Below, one piece after another: positions 11,201-23,345 of a stretch of 64,000 bases of DNA. Each line of letters begins with the position of its first letter. Positions within the stretch are counted from its first letter, which is position 1. Under the pieces are notes generated by a model. That model made no database searches and had not been told where the DNA came from. It saw nothing but the letters and a program-made list of their open reading frames with translations. Both the position numbers and the translations under genes were made by a program. The stretch is from Geosiphon pyriformis uo1 (lineage: Eukaryota > Fungi > Glomeromycota), in NCBI GenBank assembly GCA_016748015.1, contig JAAOMT010000372.1:856802-920801 (forward strand). Direction: 5' to 3'.

Positions 11201-13813
11201 GAGCTACCAAAGAAGATATTTGTCAAATGAAGGAAGTAGAATACATTGAATACACTATGGAATTAGCTAGATTTGATTACAAAGATGAAGTAGAAGTCTA
11301 CCACCAAATTACAAGTCACACCTATCTGACCCAAGAAGCTCAAATTCAACAATTAGAGCAAATGAACATTAGGCTATGTAAAGAATGCATTATGCCTTGT
11401 GATAAACAATGGTGTCCTGAATGCTATGCTCTTAGTATCCCCTTGCCCAGTGAAAATAATGAGAATAAAATTGAATTTGGAGAACCTGAAGAAACGGAAG
11501 AAATTGAAACAACGCCCATCTACCTTATCAAAAATCAGCCTGCCTTACAACTTAAATACTTCAACAACAACGGACAAGGAATAAAACCTGAAAAAGCACA
11601 CAAAATTGATGCTGGATATGACCTAAGATATCCAGGCAAGAATACTCTTGTTCTCAAACCCAAATCTCTCACAAAAATCATCAAAATTGCACTCAAAATT
11701 CTGCCAGAAGCAATGGTTTAAATTGCCTCCCGGTCCTCTCTAGCAAGCAAAAGAATCAATGTCAGAGGAGGAATAATCGATGCTGGATATACTGGAGACA
11801 TAACAGTAATGCTTCAAAATGAAACTGACAAACCATTCAAGATTGAACATGCTGAAAAAATTGCCCAAGCTATTTATCTACCCCTAATCAACATTTCGGG
11901 TTTGCAACTAGTCAATCAAAGAAAGCAATTAGGAAAGAGCAATAGAGGAACCCAAAATTTTGGTTCAACTAAACGATTCACAGTTCCAGTTAATATAGCT
12001 CTTAACACACAGAACGAATCCCACCAGATTCTCAGACTTCCACAACTGATTACCATCTCACCCTTTGGAGAACATCCAGAAATCTACACCTGCCCAAAGC
12101 CAACAACCACACAACAAATTTTTGAGTCCAATGAACAAGTCTGCTTGGAACATAATATTTCGATCCCAAACATTTATATTCCAGAAGGAACAAAGAAAGT
12201 CCGAGTTACTTTTTACAACCCCAATAATTACTTCATAATTTTATTAAATAATTTAGAAATTGGAGTTATTCACAGTAATATATTTCAACAAGAATTACCC
12301 CAAACAGTCCCCGACTTCTCTGAAATTATTGGACATTCACTACCAAAAATCAACCCAAACCCTAGCTCTAAAAACTACCATGTTGTCATGGAAAAACTAT
12401 CTCAAATCAACATAGGACAACTTGAACCACAACAACAGACTCAGCTCAAAGAACTAATTACAAAATTTGTTGATATCTTCACCGAAAACAACAATGACTT
12501 AGGAAGAACTGATTTGGTTCAACACCAAATCTATACAGGAGATGCCAAACCCAAGTGACAACAAGCCTACCGAGTTGCTCCAGAAAGTCACCAATTTATC
12601 CGAGAAGAAGTACAACGGATGCTTAACAATGGGCTTATTCAACCATCAATGAGCCCATGAGCCTTACCTGTGGTCCTAGTTAAAAAAAAAAATGGAAAGA
12701 TATGATTTTGTGGATTACCGACAACTCAACAGTGTCATCATTGGGGATGTCTATCCTCTTCCCCGAATTAATGACATGTTGGATGCCCTTGGAAAGTCCA
12801 AATACTTTTCAACATTAGATTTAGAGAGTGAATACTGGCAAGTTGCTATAGACCCCAAAGACCGCTCCAAAACAGCATTCACCACTCAAGGAGAAAATTA
12901 CGAGTTCAATGTAATGCCTTTTGGATTATGCAATACACCAGCAACATTCCAAAGACTCATGGATGTTGTTTACAAAGGCCTCCTTTGGAAATCAGTAGTA
13001 GTTTATCTTGATGACACTGATGTTTATTTACCATCTTTTGAGCTACATTTAATTCACCTACAAGAAGTTTTTCAACGATTACGGAAAGCAGGATTGAAAC
13101 TGAACATTAAAAAATGCTACTTCAGAAAAACAAGTTTAGCTTTTTTTGGTCACATTGTTAGCAAAGATGGAATTAAACCAGACCCCGGAAAAATCAGTAC
13201 TGTCAAGAACTTCAAAACTCCATGAAATACCACAGAATTAAGAGGATTTATTGGATTAGCATCTTATTACCGAAAATTCATCAAAGGATTCTCAGAAATT
13301 GCAAAACCCCTCAACCAGCTCACTACTAAAAATGTTGAATACAAATGGACAGAAGAACACCAAAATGCCTTCGAGATACTTAAGGAAAAACTCACAACAG
13401 CTCCAATCCTCGCCTACCCAGATTTCAGCAACTGATTCCGGTTAGCAACTGATGCCTCTTATACTGCCTTTGGTGCCATCCTATCACAGTTAGATGACAA
13501 TGGAAATGAGCGAGTAATTGCTTATACTAGTAGAACATTAAAGCCAGCTGAAAAGAACTACCCTGCAACAGAATTAGAAACTGCAGCAGTAATCTGGGCC
13601 CTATATCACTTCAACTTTTACCTCAGACCCAAAGAATTTGATATTATCACTGATAATATTGGACTTAAATGGCTTCAGAACAAAAACACCCAGCTGAATG
13701 CAAAACAAACCTGATGGACAGGATTTTTAGCTAATTACCAATATATTGTACACCACAAACCAGGAAAACTCCATACCAACGTTGATTGTCTTTCAAGAAT
13801 GAGGCAAGATTAG
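8206..13813 (+). pseudogene. gag-pol: gag-pol polyprotein (capsid, CCHC knuckle, aspartic protease, Cys-rich insert, dUTPase, RT, RNase H)
   Basis: Capsid (IPEFNGED...GEWFE...FKAAFLEQF), degenerate knuckle CHYSGIFGHWKRDC at ~9635, protease LILDSGSA at ~10277, RT VYLDD at ~13000, RNH ATDAS...ELE..A...ITD. One frame throughout except a poly-A slip at ~12690; many premature stops. Confidence 0.92.
11548..11970 (+). pseudogene. dut: dUTPase domain within pol (between protease and RT)
   Basis: All five trimeric dUTPase motifs are visible: DAGYDL, SRSSLA, GGIIDAGYTG, KIAQ, RGTQNFGST. One in-frame TAA at 11719. Confidence 0.92.
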
Positions 13814-13862
13814 AAAACAAAACCAACACCCATTTGAATTAATAGTATTAAAACAACAAACA

Positions 13863-15242
13863 ATGAACCCCAAAAACTACAACAATCTCAAACAATATTT
13901 GGAGACATTAACAATTCCAACAGATTGGTTCTCAGACAAAAAACATCGGTTACAACAACAAGCCAAACAATATTTTCTACACAACAATATTATCTATCAT
14001 TGAAATTTCAAAAACTCAACCAAACCACTCAGATTAATACAAGAACAGGAAAAAGAGACCATTTTATACAACATGCACTCAGATCCTTCATCAGCACACT
14101 TCGGAAAAGATAGCACCACCCAAAGAACACTAGAATATTACTTTTGACCTTGAATGAGAAAAGACATTCACAAATATGTCGAATCTTGTGATAGTTGTCA
14201 AAGAAAAAGAGAAACTCGCCCTACAGAACCTTTAAATCCAATCAAAGTTGGACAGCCTTTTGACAGAGTTGGTATCGATTTAGTCAGACCACTATCTATC
14301 ACCACTCAAGGAAACCGTTATATTGCAGTAGTGGTAGACTATCTTACTAAATGGCCTGAAGCCAGAGCCATTCAATGAGCAGATGCGAGATCAGTAGCAA
14401 ATTTCATCTATGAAGACATTATTTGTAGACATGGATGTCCAATTGAACTTTTATCTGATCAGGGAACACACTTTGTGAACAACCTGATACAAGAAATTTG
14501 CAAACAATTCAATGTCAAAAGACCTCTGTCTTCACCCTACTATCCACAAACAAATGGACTTGTGGAACGTTTTAACAGAACATTGTGTAAGTCATTAGCC
14601 AAAGTCTCAACCGATTTTGAGCAAGAATAGAATCTTTTTATTCCATCAGTGTTACTAGCATATAGGACATTAAAACAAGATACCACAAAACACACACCAT
14701 TTGATTTAACTTATGGAAGGATGGCAACATTACCAATTAGTTTTACAGTAGAAACATACTCAGTACAACCGATTGATGAAAACAATTTCCAAGAAATGCT
14801 TCAGCAAAGAGCCTACACTTTGCTTAGCATATTGGAAGGAAAACAACAAATAGCAGCCACCCATATTGAACACTCCCAAGCTCAACAATGGCATGATGAC
14901 AAATTGTCTTCAGTCACCAATGAATTTAAAATTGGAAACAAAGTTCTCTTACACAGAACTAAAGCTAAAAAACAATGGAGTGGAAAATTTGAAAATAAAT
15001 GGGATGGACCATTTTTTATTCATGAAGTCCTAGGCAATGGATCATACAAGCTAAGACTTGATGACAAAATCCTAGTAAAAGTTGCACATGGAAATCGTTT
15101 GAAACACTATCATTCCAGAAACAATCCTAAACCATTAATTCCACAAATTGGTATACATTCCCCTTTGGTCAGTCCCGAAGACATTCCCCGAAACTTAGAA
15201 CCAATAGTTGTTATTGAACAACCTTTTAACCTGAACACTTAA
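13863..15242 (+). pseudogene. Integrase (HHCC, DDE core, GPF/Y-type C-terminus) in its own ORF
   Basis: ATG at 13863 in the +1 frame relative to RNH. MHSDPSSAHF..CDSC, VGIDL, LSDQGTHF, NGLVERFN, KWDGPF. Several CGA/TGG-derived stops. Confidence 0.9.
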
Positions 15243-15358
15243 TTTAATTTTACTAGTTATTTTCTTATAATTTAGAAACAATCTCACAAAAACAAAACAA
15301 AAATAATATAAAAACCCATACACCAAAAATAATTTTCTTTTATTTCAAATCGCTTATA

Positions 15359-16078
15359 ATGACTATTCCTTAAAACATTCAACAATTATTCCAAAAACTA
15401 ATGTTAGCTTTAAAAACAATACCCGAATTATCTATTACTGTTACTGGAAACCACATTAATTATACTCAAACAGAAGTAGTTACAAATTTAGCCCTAAATT
15501 TACGAAAATATCACCCATATAAGAAGAACACAAGAAGTTATACTGGAATTCACCTGCCAGAACTTTTAAAGCTTGCTTTAAGAGAAAATCTAATGCTCAC
15601 TCCAATTAGTATTCCACCAAATGCTACAAGTCAACAAAGACTTCAATTGTGTCTTAATGAGGAAAACACTGAATATTCTCCAATCTATAGATATTTTCAC
15701 ATTGGAAAAACACTCTACGAACGGAAACTGGAACTTACAACAGCAAACCTCACAAAAGAAGCTATTCAAAAACAACTCCACAATGAATTCAAGACAACAG
15801 CTGGACCAACAAACAGTCGCTACAAGCTCAGAGCTGCTTTTAGACTTTATGACCTATTCCACACCTGTGAAAACGTACTACAAAACCCAATTTTTCAACC
15901 TTTGAAGATTCAATATATTGGAAAGCTTACAGAACTGAAATTTCAACAATTTTCAGACCAAATTTCTTCAATAATTTTGAATTATTATCTGGAAATAACA
16001 GACAGTACTTGGACTTCAATGGAGCTCAGTCTTGAGGAGGAGGTTATGTTACCAGACAAAATTAGAGATATTATTTAG
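15359..16078 (+). CDS. ORF3 of element A (env position), unknown function; runs through the PPT into the 3' LTR
   Basis: 225-codon open frame 15401-16078. An upstream in-frame ATG at 15359 is separated by one TAA (probably CAA>TAA). No signal peptide or TM segment apparent. Confidence 0.65.
16034..16043 (+). promoter_or_regulatory. Polypurine tract of element A
   Basis: GAGGAGGAGG ends 3 nt before the 3' LTR. Confidence 0.8.
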
Positions 16079-17021
16079 CATGAAACTATCTTATAATTCC
16101 TATCATTAATTAGCATATATTATCGTTGTAAATGATTACTTATTACATTAGCAAAAATGTCCGAAATTATCATTTAATTAATAACCCAAATTGTACACAA
16201 AAACAAATGTAACCTAATTGTGATGATCAATCATGCAATACCCCGAACTATGTAACATTCAGAAGTTCACCGAAATTTGTAGAAATTTGCCGAAATAATT
16301 GATAGTTCACCGAAATATCTAATAGTTTGCCGAAATAACTTGTAGTTCACCGAAATATATCTTTAGTTCAGCAAAATTGTAGAAAATAGCAAAGTTCAAG
16401 TTCATAGAATAGTGTTACAACAAGTTGTATAAAAGAAGAGCTTCTCTTTTCAAGAAAATGTATCTTACTTTAGATTTATCTCTTAAAACCGTTCCTATAC
16501 ACACAAAAAGAAATAAATATCAAATAATTCGAAAAACCAAATTCTTTAATTATTGTACTTGGAAAATCCCCAAAACCCAACTAACATTTTGAAATTGATT
16601 AGCTACCAATTTCAGTAAACTGTTAATGACTCCAGGCCTGGATAGAAAACGTTTCTCTTGACAAAAATTCTATTTCTTTCTTTTATTTTTCTTTTATTTT
16701 CTTATCATAATCATTAGAGTAACCTACAGACAAGATTCCTGTAGAAGAGTTGACTTTCACAGCAAAGTAACTACACATTTTTAGTGAGCTTCCAGACGAA
16801 CAATTCCTGGGAAAGAGTTGACATTTACTACAATGTAACTACATAAAGTAACTGGCAAGAAATTGGCCATTCTACTTATAAGCCCAGCAGTTCAAATTAT
16901 AAAAAATAATTTGAAGATAAATTCAGTTATTGGAGGTTCAACTACATCCAGAAAACGTGAATTTACAACAGACAGGCATTAACAACATTTAAGAAAAAGA
17001 GACCAAAAACCTCTGGTAACA
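16047..17021 (+). repeat. 3' LTR of element A
   Basis: 975-bp direct repeat, about 35 substitutions versus the 5' LTR by manual count. Confidence 0.97.
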
Positions 17022-18135
17022 ACATTAAAAATATTATTTATAAAACATAATTTAAATATTTTAAGAGTCTTGAAAAAAAAAACCAAAGAAACCTTATAGT
17101 TTACAGCCAGATAATTTATTTTTTAACATTTAAAACAGCACTAAAAACCAAAAGTTTCTTACCAAATATAGTATTTTTTTAGTGTACCAGTTTTAAAAAC
17201 TATAGCATCTAAATTAATTTAAAATTTGAATATAACTAAAGCAAACTAGAAATGATGACCAAAATCAAAAAAGCAAGAAATAAAACATGTTCAATTGCCA
17301 ACCTAAGAAATTATATTACTGATTTCAAAAACAATACAATTAAAAAGAAGATTAATTAACTTGGTCTTAAACCTATTATAAAACAGAATAGTTTTATTTT
17401 GATTTACTAAGAAAAAAATTCTAATACTATTTTTATCCACTAAAACTAATCAATAATTCAAAGCAGATACAACAAAGTTCAATTTATTAAAGTAAACAAC
17501 TATATATTATTAAACACTAGCAGGCTTCAGTCTAACATAGACAATTTTACTAAACACACTAAAAGCTGTCTTAATATTAACAGCAAATATATCCAAAGAT
17601 ATATTATATAGTATAATAATAGCAAAAAAAGAACTAAACTTAGAAATTACCAAAAATTTGGCAATTTTAAGAATGGCCAAATGAATAGAGCTTATAAGCT
17701 TAATTAGAAAAGCAGTTTTCAAAAACTTTTAAGAAGCAAACTCTATATAAAAGAGTTTTATATTGTTTTTTAACATTGATTTTACATTTAAAAAACCATG
17801 TACAGACTAAAAAACAGCTTTAATATAAGCCAATTTAATTTTAAAAGTAGTATTAAACATTAAAATAGAAACTACTTATTCAATAAACTTTTGATAATCA
17901 ATAATAATTTCTTAAACACTATCAGTAATAATACCAAAAACTAGCAGAAAAGATGATTTAGTTTCTATTTAGTTAAACCAGTTCTTAAGAATATATAACT
18001 TTATAGGAAATAGTTGCTTTGCTTTTATAATTAATAAAGATCTGCTGAAAAATATTACATTTAACAATATAGCCAGTAATTAATCTTGGTCTATCTTAGA
18101 TAATATATTAGATAATAAAACAGAAATTTTATGAT
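17022..18135 (-). mobile_element. 5'/middle part of the degenerate ORF1-only half-LINE
   Basis: Reverse complement aligns with ~59250-60330 (e.g. CAAAAATTTGGCAATTTTAAGAATGGCCAAA vs CAAAAACTTGGCAATTTTGAGAGTGGCCAAA), with heavy G>A/C>T decay. Confidence 0.8.
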
Positions 18136-20329
18136 TATATTACTAACTATAGCATATTATGGGTATATAGACTATTTCAATAAGTGAAAAAGTAAAAAGA
18201 AATACATAATAAAGTCATTAAAAGTAAGAGAAAGTATTGTTATTATTATTTGTTTTTGGGCAAGAATCAGTCTTAGGTATTTTAAAGAAGAAAAAAAAGT
18301 CATATCTCTTTATATGTATTAAAAGTACAACCAACAACAAAAGTGAAACCAACTACTCTAATAAATACATAACCAGAATTTTTTCAATTAGTTATTAAAA
18401 AGGTGTGGTGTTTAAATGTCCAGCTTTAAAAGCAAAATTATAAAAATTATAAAAGAGTTATGAAAGTAAAACATGACTAAAATAGATTTTTAATTTAACT
18501 TTTTATTGTTGAGACTATTTTTTAACAATACAATATTTTATTACTTATTTTTATGTTTAATAACTTGTTCAGTAAAACAAGACTTAATGTGAAATGGTGA
18601 TAATACATGATTTTGAAAGATTGGAAGTAATAAAACAACTTGAAATGATAATAACAAGTAAGTAAAAGATTATAAACAATATAATTTCAAATAATAATAA
18701 GGAATATATAAAGACATATTTGAAATTGTGATAACAAGTATTTAAAGCATAGGAAAAGAGAAAAAAAAGTAAGATATAGAGAAAAAGACTAACTGCTTAC
18801 TATAAAACTATAGCAAAAAGTTGGTTTAGTATTGAACTGATATTTTTCTGAGTTAACAGAAAAGCTGTATATATAGTTAAATTACATCAGATCTACATAC
18901 TATATTAGAATTATTTAAAATACATTAATTATTTATATACATTAAATTAATCAATTCATGATGAACTTACTTGGCCTATTATTTATTCAAAAGCTAGTAA
19001 TTTAAATAATCAGATTTTAAATAGCTAGATCTAGAAGATTAGTCATAAATCAATGATACCAATTGTGATTATGATCAACATTATCAGAAGTAAATTAATT
19101 GATTACATTTCTTAATAACTACTTTTAATCATTAATTGCAAATCTGAAATGTTAGATTGTTCTAAATAAGGGTGTATGGAAATTTTGGAGTATAACAAAG
19201 CCTGTTGTTATCAGATTACAATGAACTCTCTCTATAGTCTCTCTGGTTATAGTCACTATCTTCTTATAATCACATTTTTTTAAAAACCAAAACCATTTAT
19301 ATATAATATTATCTTTTTATAGTTACTTTTACTATATATATCTCCTTATAGTTCTTATCCCCACAAATATAATAGCAAAATATAAGTAATTTCCACTTTT
19401 TATAGTTATATTATAATTATATAATATTAGATATAAACATTAAATGTCATCTCATATTTAATCGGACATATACAGTCAGGAAGATTTTCCAATTTGTCAA
19501 TGGAAATCATTCTTTTTATGGTAGTAAAAAAAATTAAAGAAGTTTCTGGAAATGATTATAGAACACTAAACAAAATTTCTCAAATATTACAACATTCAAT
19601 TACTCTTCTTCTTTATAAGCCGTCACCATTATTAGAAGACAATGATAAAACTATTATATCTGGCTTGTTGTTTGCAGGTATTATGAAAGTTTTAATAATA
19701 GTTGACATATGGTACAGTACTACTGCTCTTGGTGCTTTGGAGACTAGTAATGCTTCAAAGGCTGGTAGTGCTTTGGAGGCTGTTGTTGCAAGTATTGATG
19801 AAGTTACTTTGGATCAAACTTTGGCTAATGAGATTACTTTTTCTTCATATTGAGAGAAGAAATTAACAGACCTACAAGCAAGAATAATGGTCCAATAGAA
19901 TCCTCTGGGAACAAGTTTGTTAATAGAACATTGCTCAAACAAATCAACTAGGAATGAAGTTTGAATTTATCTTTCCTTAGAAAGAGAAATGTGACCAGTA
20001 ATAAAACTCAGAGCATGAAAATTTCAATATATACCCAATAAATACATTTTCACACCAACTTTGGCATCCACAATTAAAAAAGGGCTCCATACTAGCAATC
20101 ATATTCATCATTCGACCAATATTTAGTATTAGTGAGCAAAAGTTTGACTGATAGTTTTAAAGATATATTAAAAAACAACTTTTTTGGAGCAAATAAATTT
20201 ATGTTGAATGCTTTTCATAATCCAAACATAATTATGCAGAATGAAGATTCGAATCTAAACTCAATATATTATGTTTTAAAAATGCCAATTATAAATAGTA
20301 ATGCACCCAACCCAAAGTAAACAAAACTG

Positions 20330-21480
20330 TACACAATACAATATATTTCTAACTTCTTGAAGGATATTTATTAGGCTGTCACATTATTAACTTAATAAGC
20401 TTCGAAAACATGATCACTTAAAAGAGGTATTAAAGAGTTAATAATAGATAATAGTTGTGATTTTATTAACAGATTTATATTTTTTGATGATCTGCTTTTT
20501 CACTTGTTACTGAAATTGGTTTCTAAGTACTTAACAATGTTTTCTTAATTTGTCTTGCTTTAAAAAAGTCTATTTTTTTCATTCATGCAATTTTACTGAA
20601 TTTTTTTATTTCTTCACTTAATATCTATTCATGGCCAATATTACAAAAAACATAATTAGAGACATTTGGATTTACAAACTGTGTCTTTCTTATTTGAACT
20701 CAAAATTGATTTAATTCAGCAATAAAGTTAGAACATGTACAAAACCTGTATATTTCATTTTTAGAATATTTGATGACATTAAAGAGGTTAGTATGCAATC
20801 TTTCAAATTTGATACAGTTACACATTGCAATTTCCCAATGCTGTTGTGAAGGTGTAAAATGAATTAATAATTTAAGCATTTTGTTAATTTCTTTAAGTAT
20901 TGCATTATGGTCTTGATATTGATTTGAAAGTTTAGATCAAAAAATTACAATTTTTTCTTGAATCAGCTTGCAAACTTCAGGCTTCAATTATAGCCATTGT
21001 TCTTTATCAGCAATTTCAATTAATTGGTAAATAGGATGGCACTGAGCAGACCAAATTGGTGCAAACATTCATCTAGCTGCGAGTTTTAATGAAAACCTAT
21101 TGAAATGAACTCTAGTACAAAAGTTAATAATTGCTTGTAAATAAAAAAAGACTTGTTCATACTTTAATCTGAACGTGGAATCTGTTTCATTTTGGGCCCA
21201 TTCTAAGTAACCTTCAACAAATGAATTTTCTTTAAAAACAATATATGGCCACATTAATTCAGAAGCCATTGCATGCTTATATATATTACATATCAAATCT
21301 TACAACTTATGATAATCAAGACATTTTTTAAAAAACTGCAGTTGACTTTTACTCTGATATCCTTAACATTGTGCAAAGTATTTTATATCAATATTCCAAT
21401 TGATATAGGCATTGCTGTGTTTGGAGGGCTTGACAACATAATATTGTGCTATCTTTTATGCAATTATGCAAGTATGTAGA
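20330..21480 (-). pseudogene. Degenerate second gene inside the pogo element; DUF6589-like putative transposase-derived protein
   Basis: Long in-frame remnant: KCLDYHKL..ICNIYKHAMASELMWPY...FAPIWSAQCHPIYQLIE...QDHNAILKEINK.LK...WEIA. The family assignment is from memory only. Confidence 0.5.
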
Positions 21481-21785
21481 GGATTAAATTGACAGCCTTC
21501 ATTATTAATCATCAGTTGGGGGTAAGAGACAAAAAGTGTCACAGATATATTATCAAAATTAGGTTTTTTTTTACCGAGAATCTGTTATTTGCACTTAGAA
21601 TTCTACAGTTAAATTAAAATCTTCATTTTTATAATTTGGCCACTTTTTATAATCTGAGGCACCTTATATGACATGAAACACTTCACATGTCTAATTAGAT
21701 ATAAGGCAAAATGATGTTTGAGACATAACAGATACATCAATACATTATAAAAGCAAAATGCAATAAAAAGTGTGTTCTTATTAAC

Positions 21786-23345
21786 ATGCCAAAAAATGCA
21801 AACCAAAAGTGAGCAACAATCTCCTTGGAGACTAAAAAGGCTTTCTGTCAGTACAAACTAGAGCATTCTAACTATTCAGCAAATAGACTTATCAAAATAT
21901 TTAATCTAAAGGTTGACTGCTTTACTATAACAAAGATACTCACAAAATCAGACTGATAGATTGAAAAAAATGTATCTGGCAACTCTGGTCAATTGACAAA
22001 AGACAGAAAAGAAATGTTTCTGAAGATAAATAATGTATTAGGAAAATAAATACTTAGAGTACTAGCTACCAACTGCATTCTTACTAGAAAAATTTTACAA
22101 ACAAAAGCCCTTAAGTTTGCTGAAAAGTTTTCAGAAAAAAATAACTTTAAAGCATCAGATAGTTGGTTAGAAAAGTTCAAGAAACATCATAATTTGCACC
22201 ACATTAAGATGCATAGTGAAGCAAACAGTGCCCTCTTGGAAATTTTACCAGAGGAATAAGAGAAACTGCATGAGATTATCAGCGAATATGATCTAAATGA
22301 TGTTTACAATGCCAATGAGACAACATTATTCTTTAAAATACCACCAAATGCAACTTTGACAACAAGATCTACCTCTGGCATCAAGCGTAATAAGAGTTAA
22401 ATTACCATACTTTTTGCTTGTAATACAACAGGCAGCATCAAGTTGCAGCCTTTAATTATTGGCAAAGCCACAAAGTCACGATGTTTTCACAATATTAATA
22501 TGAATGCACTTCCAATCACTTATTGTTACAATACAAAAGCATAGATACAAACTGATATTTTTAGTGAATGGCTTAATTTATTAAATGAAAAAATGCGTCA
22601 CAAGAAAAAAAAGATTTTGCTATTGCTTGATAATGCTGGTCCCCATAGTAGAGAATCTTCTGTATTATCTAATATTATGATTAGATACTTACCATCCAAT
22701 ACAACATCTTATTTGCAACTATTAGATACAGAAATTATTGTATTTTTTAAGGCATAATACCAAAAGTTGTTTCTTTTCTATCTTATTAATCAGTATGATA
22801 GCAAGATTCCAATATCAACAGTAATATTAAAGGATGCAGTTGACTTTCTAATTGATGTGTAGTCAGTGGTAACAACAACTACAATCCAAAACTGTTGGCA
22901 TTATATAGGAATTTTAAATAATAGTTAAATGCTAGCCCATCTATTAGATATTAAACAAGAACTCCTATAAGAAGTACAAGTTCTTATTAAGTACGTTAAT
23001 ATTGACAAGCTATTGGCAATAGACTTTATTAATATTGACAAGTTTGAACTATTATTTATTTATGCCTCAGAGGATGAAATTGTGAATCTTATTAACAACA
23101 AGTATAGTGGAAATTCTAATGTAAATGAAGATTTAGAAAATGAAAATGAAGATGAATCTTTGTCTTTGCTATCTACACATCAAGGTAAAATTGCACTTGA
23201 AGATACATTGCACTATTGTAAAGAGCAGTATAGTGAAAAAGTTGATTCAAACTTTTTTAAAACTTTGAGAACATTAATTCATAATACTGTTCTCAAAGTT
23301 CAAAAAGAGAAAAAACAGTTACAAATAGATAGCTTTTTTAAATAA
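21786..23345 (+). pseudogene. CENP-B/pogo-like transposase (HTH_psq, HTH_Tnp_Tc5, DDE_1), ~520 codons with stops
   Basis: ATG at 21786. KALKFAEKF...FKASDSWLEKFKKHH, VYNANETTLFFK, LLLLDNAGSH, YLPSNTTSYLQLLD..II, and C-terminal QLQIDSFFK, all in a single frame. Confidence 0.88.

Larger units (their letters stand above)
7189..17021 (+). mobile_element. Full-length Ty3/Gypsy LTR retrotransposon A (9.8 kb), inactivated by nonsense mutations
   Basis: Two 975-bp LTRs with TGTTACCAGA...TCTGGTAACA termini, 4-bp TSD ACAT (7185-7188 / 17022-17025), PBS and PPT, domain order gag-PR-dUTPase-RT-RNH-IN. Confidence 0.97.

Noticed and set aside
15401-16078. ORF3 as a retroviral env gene
   Set aside because: No signal peptide, furin site or TM anchor visible.
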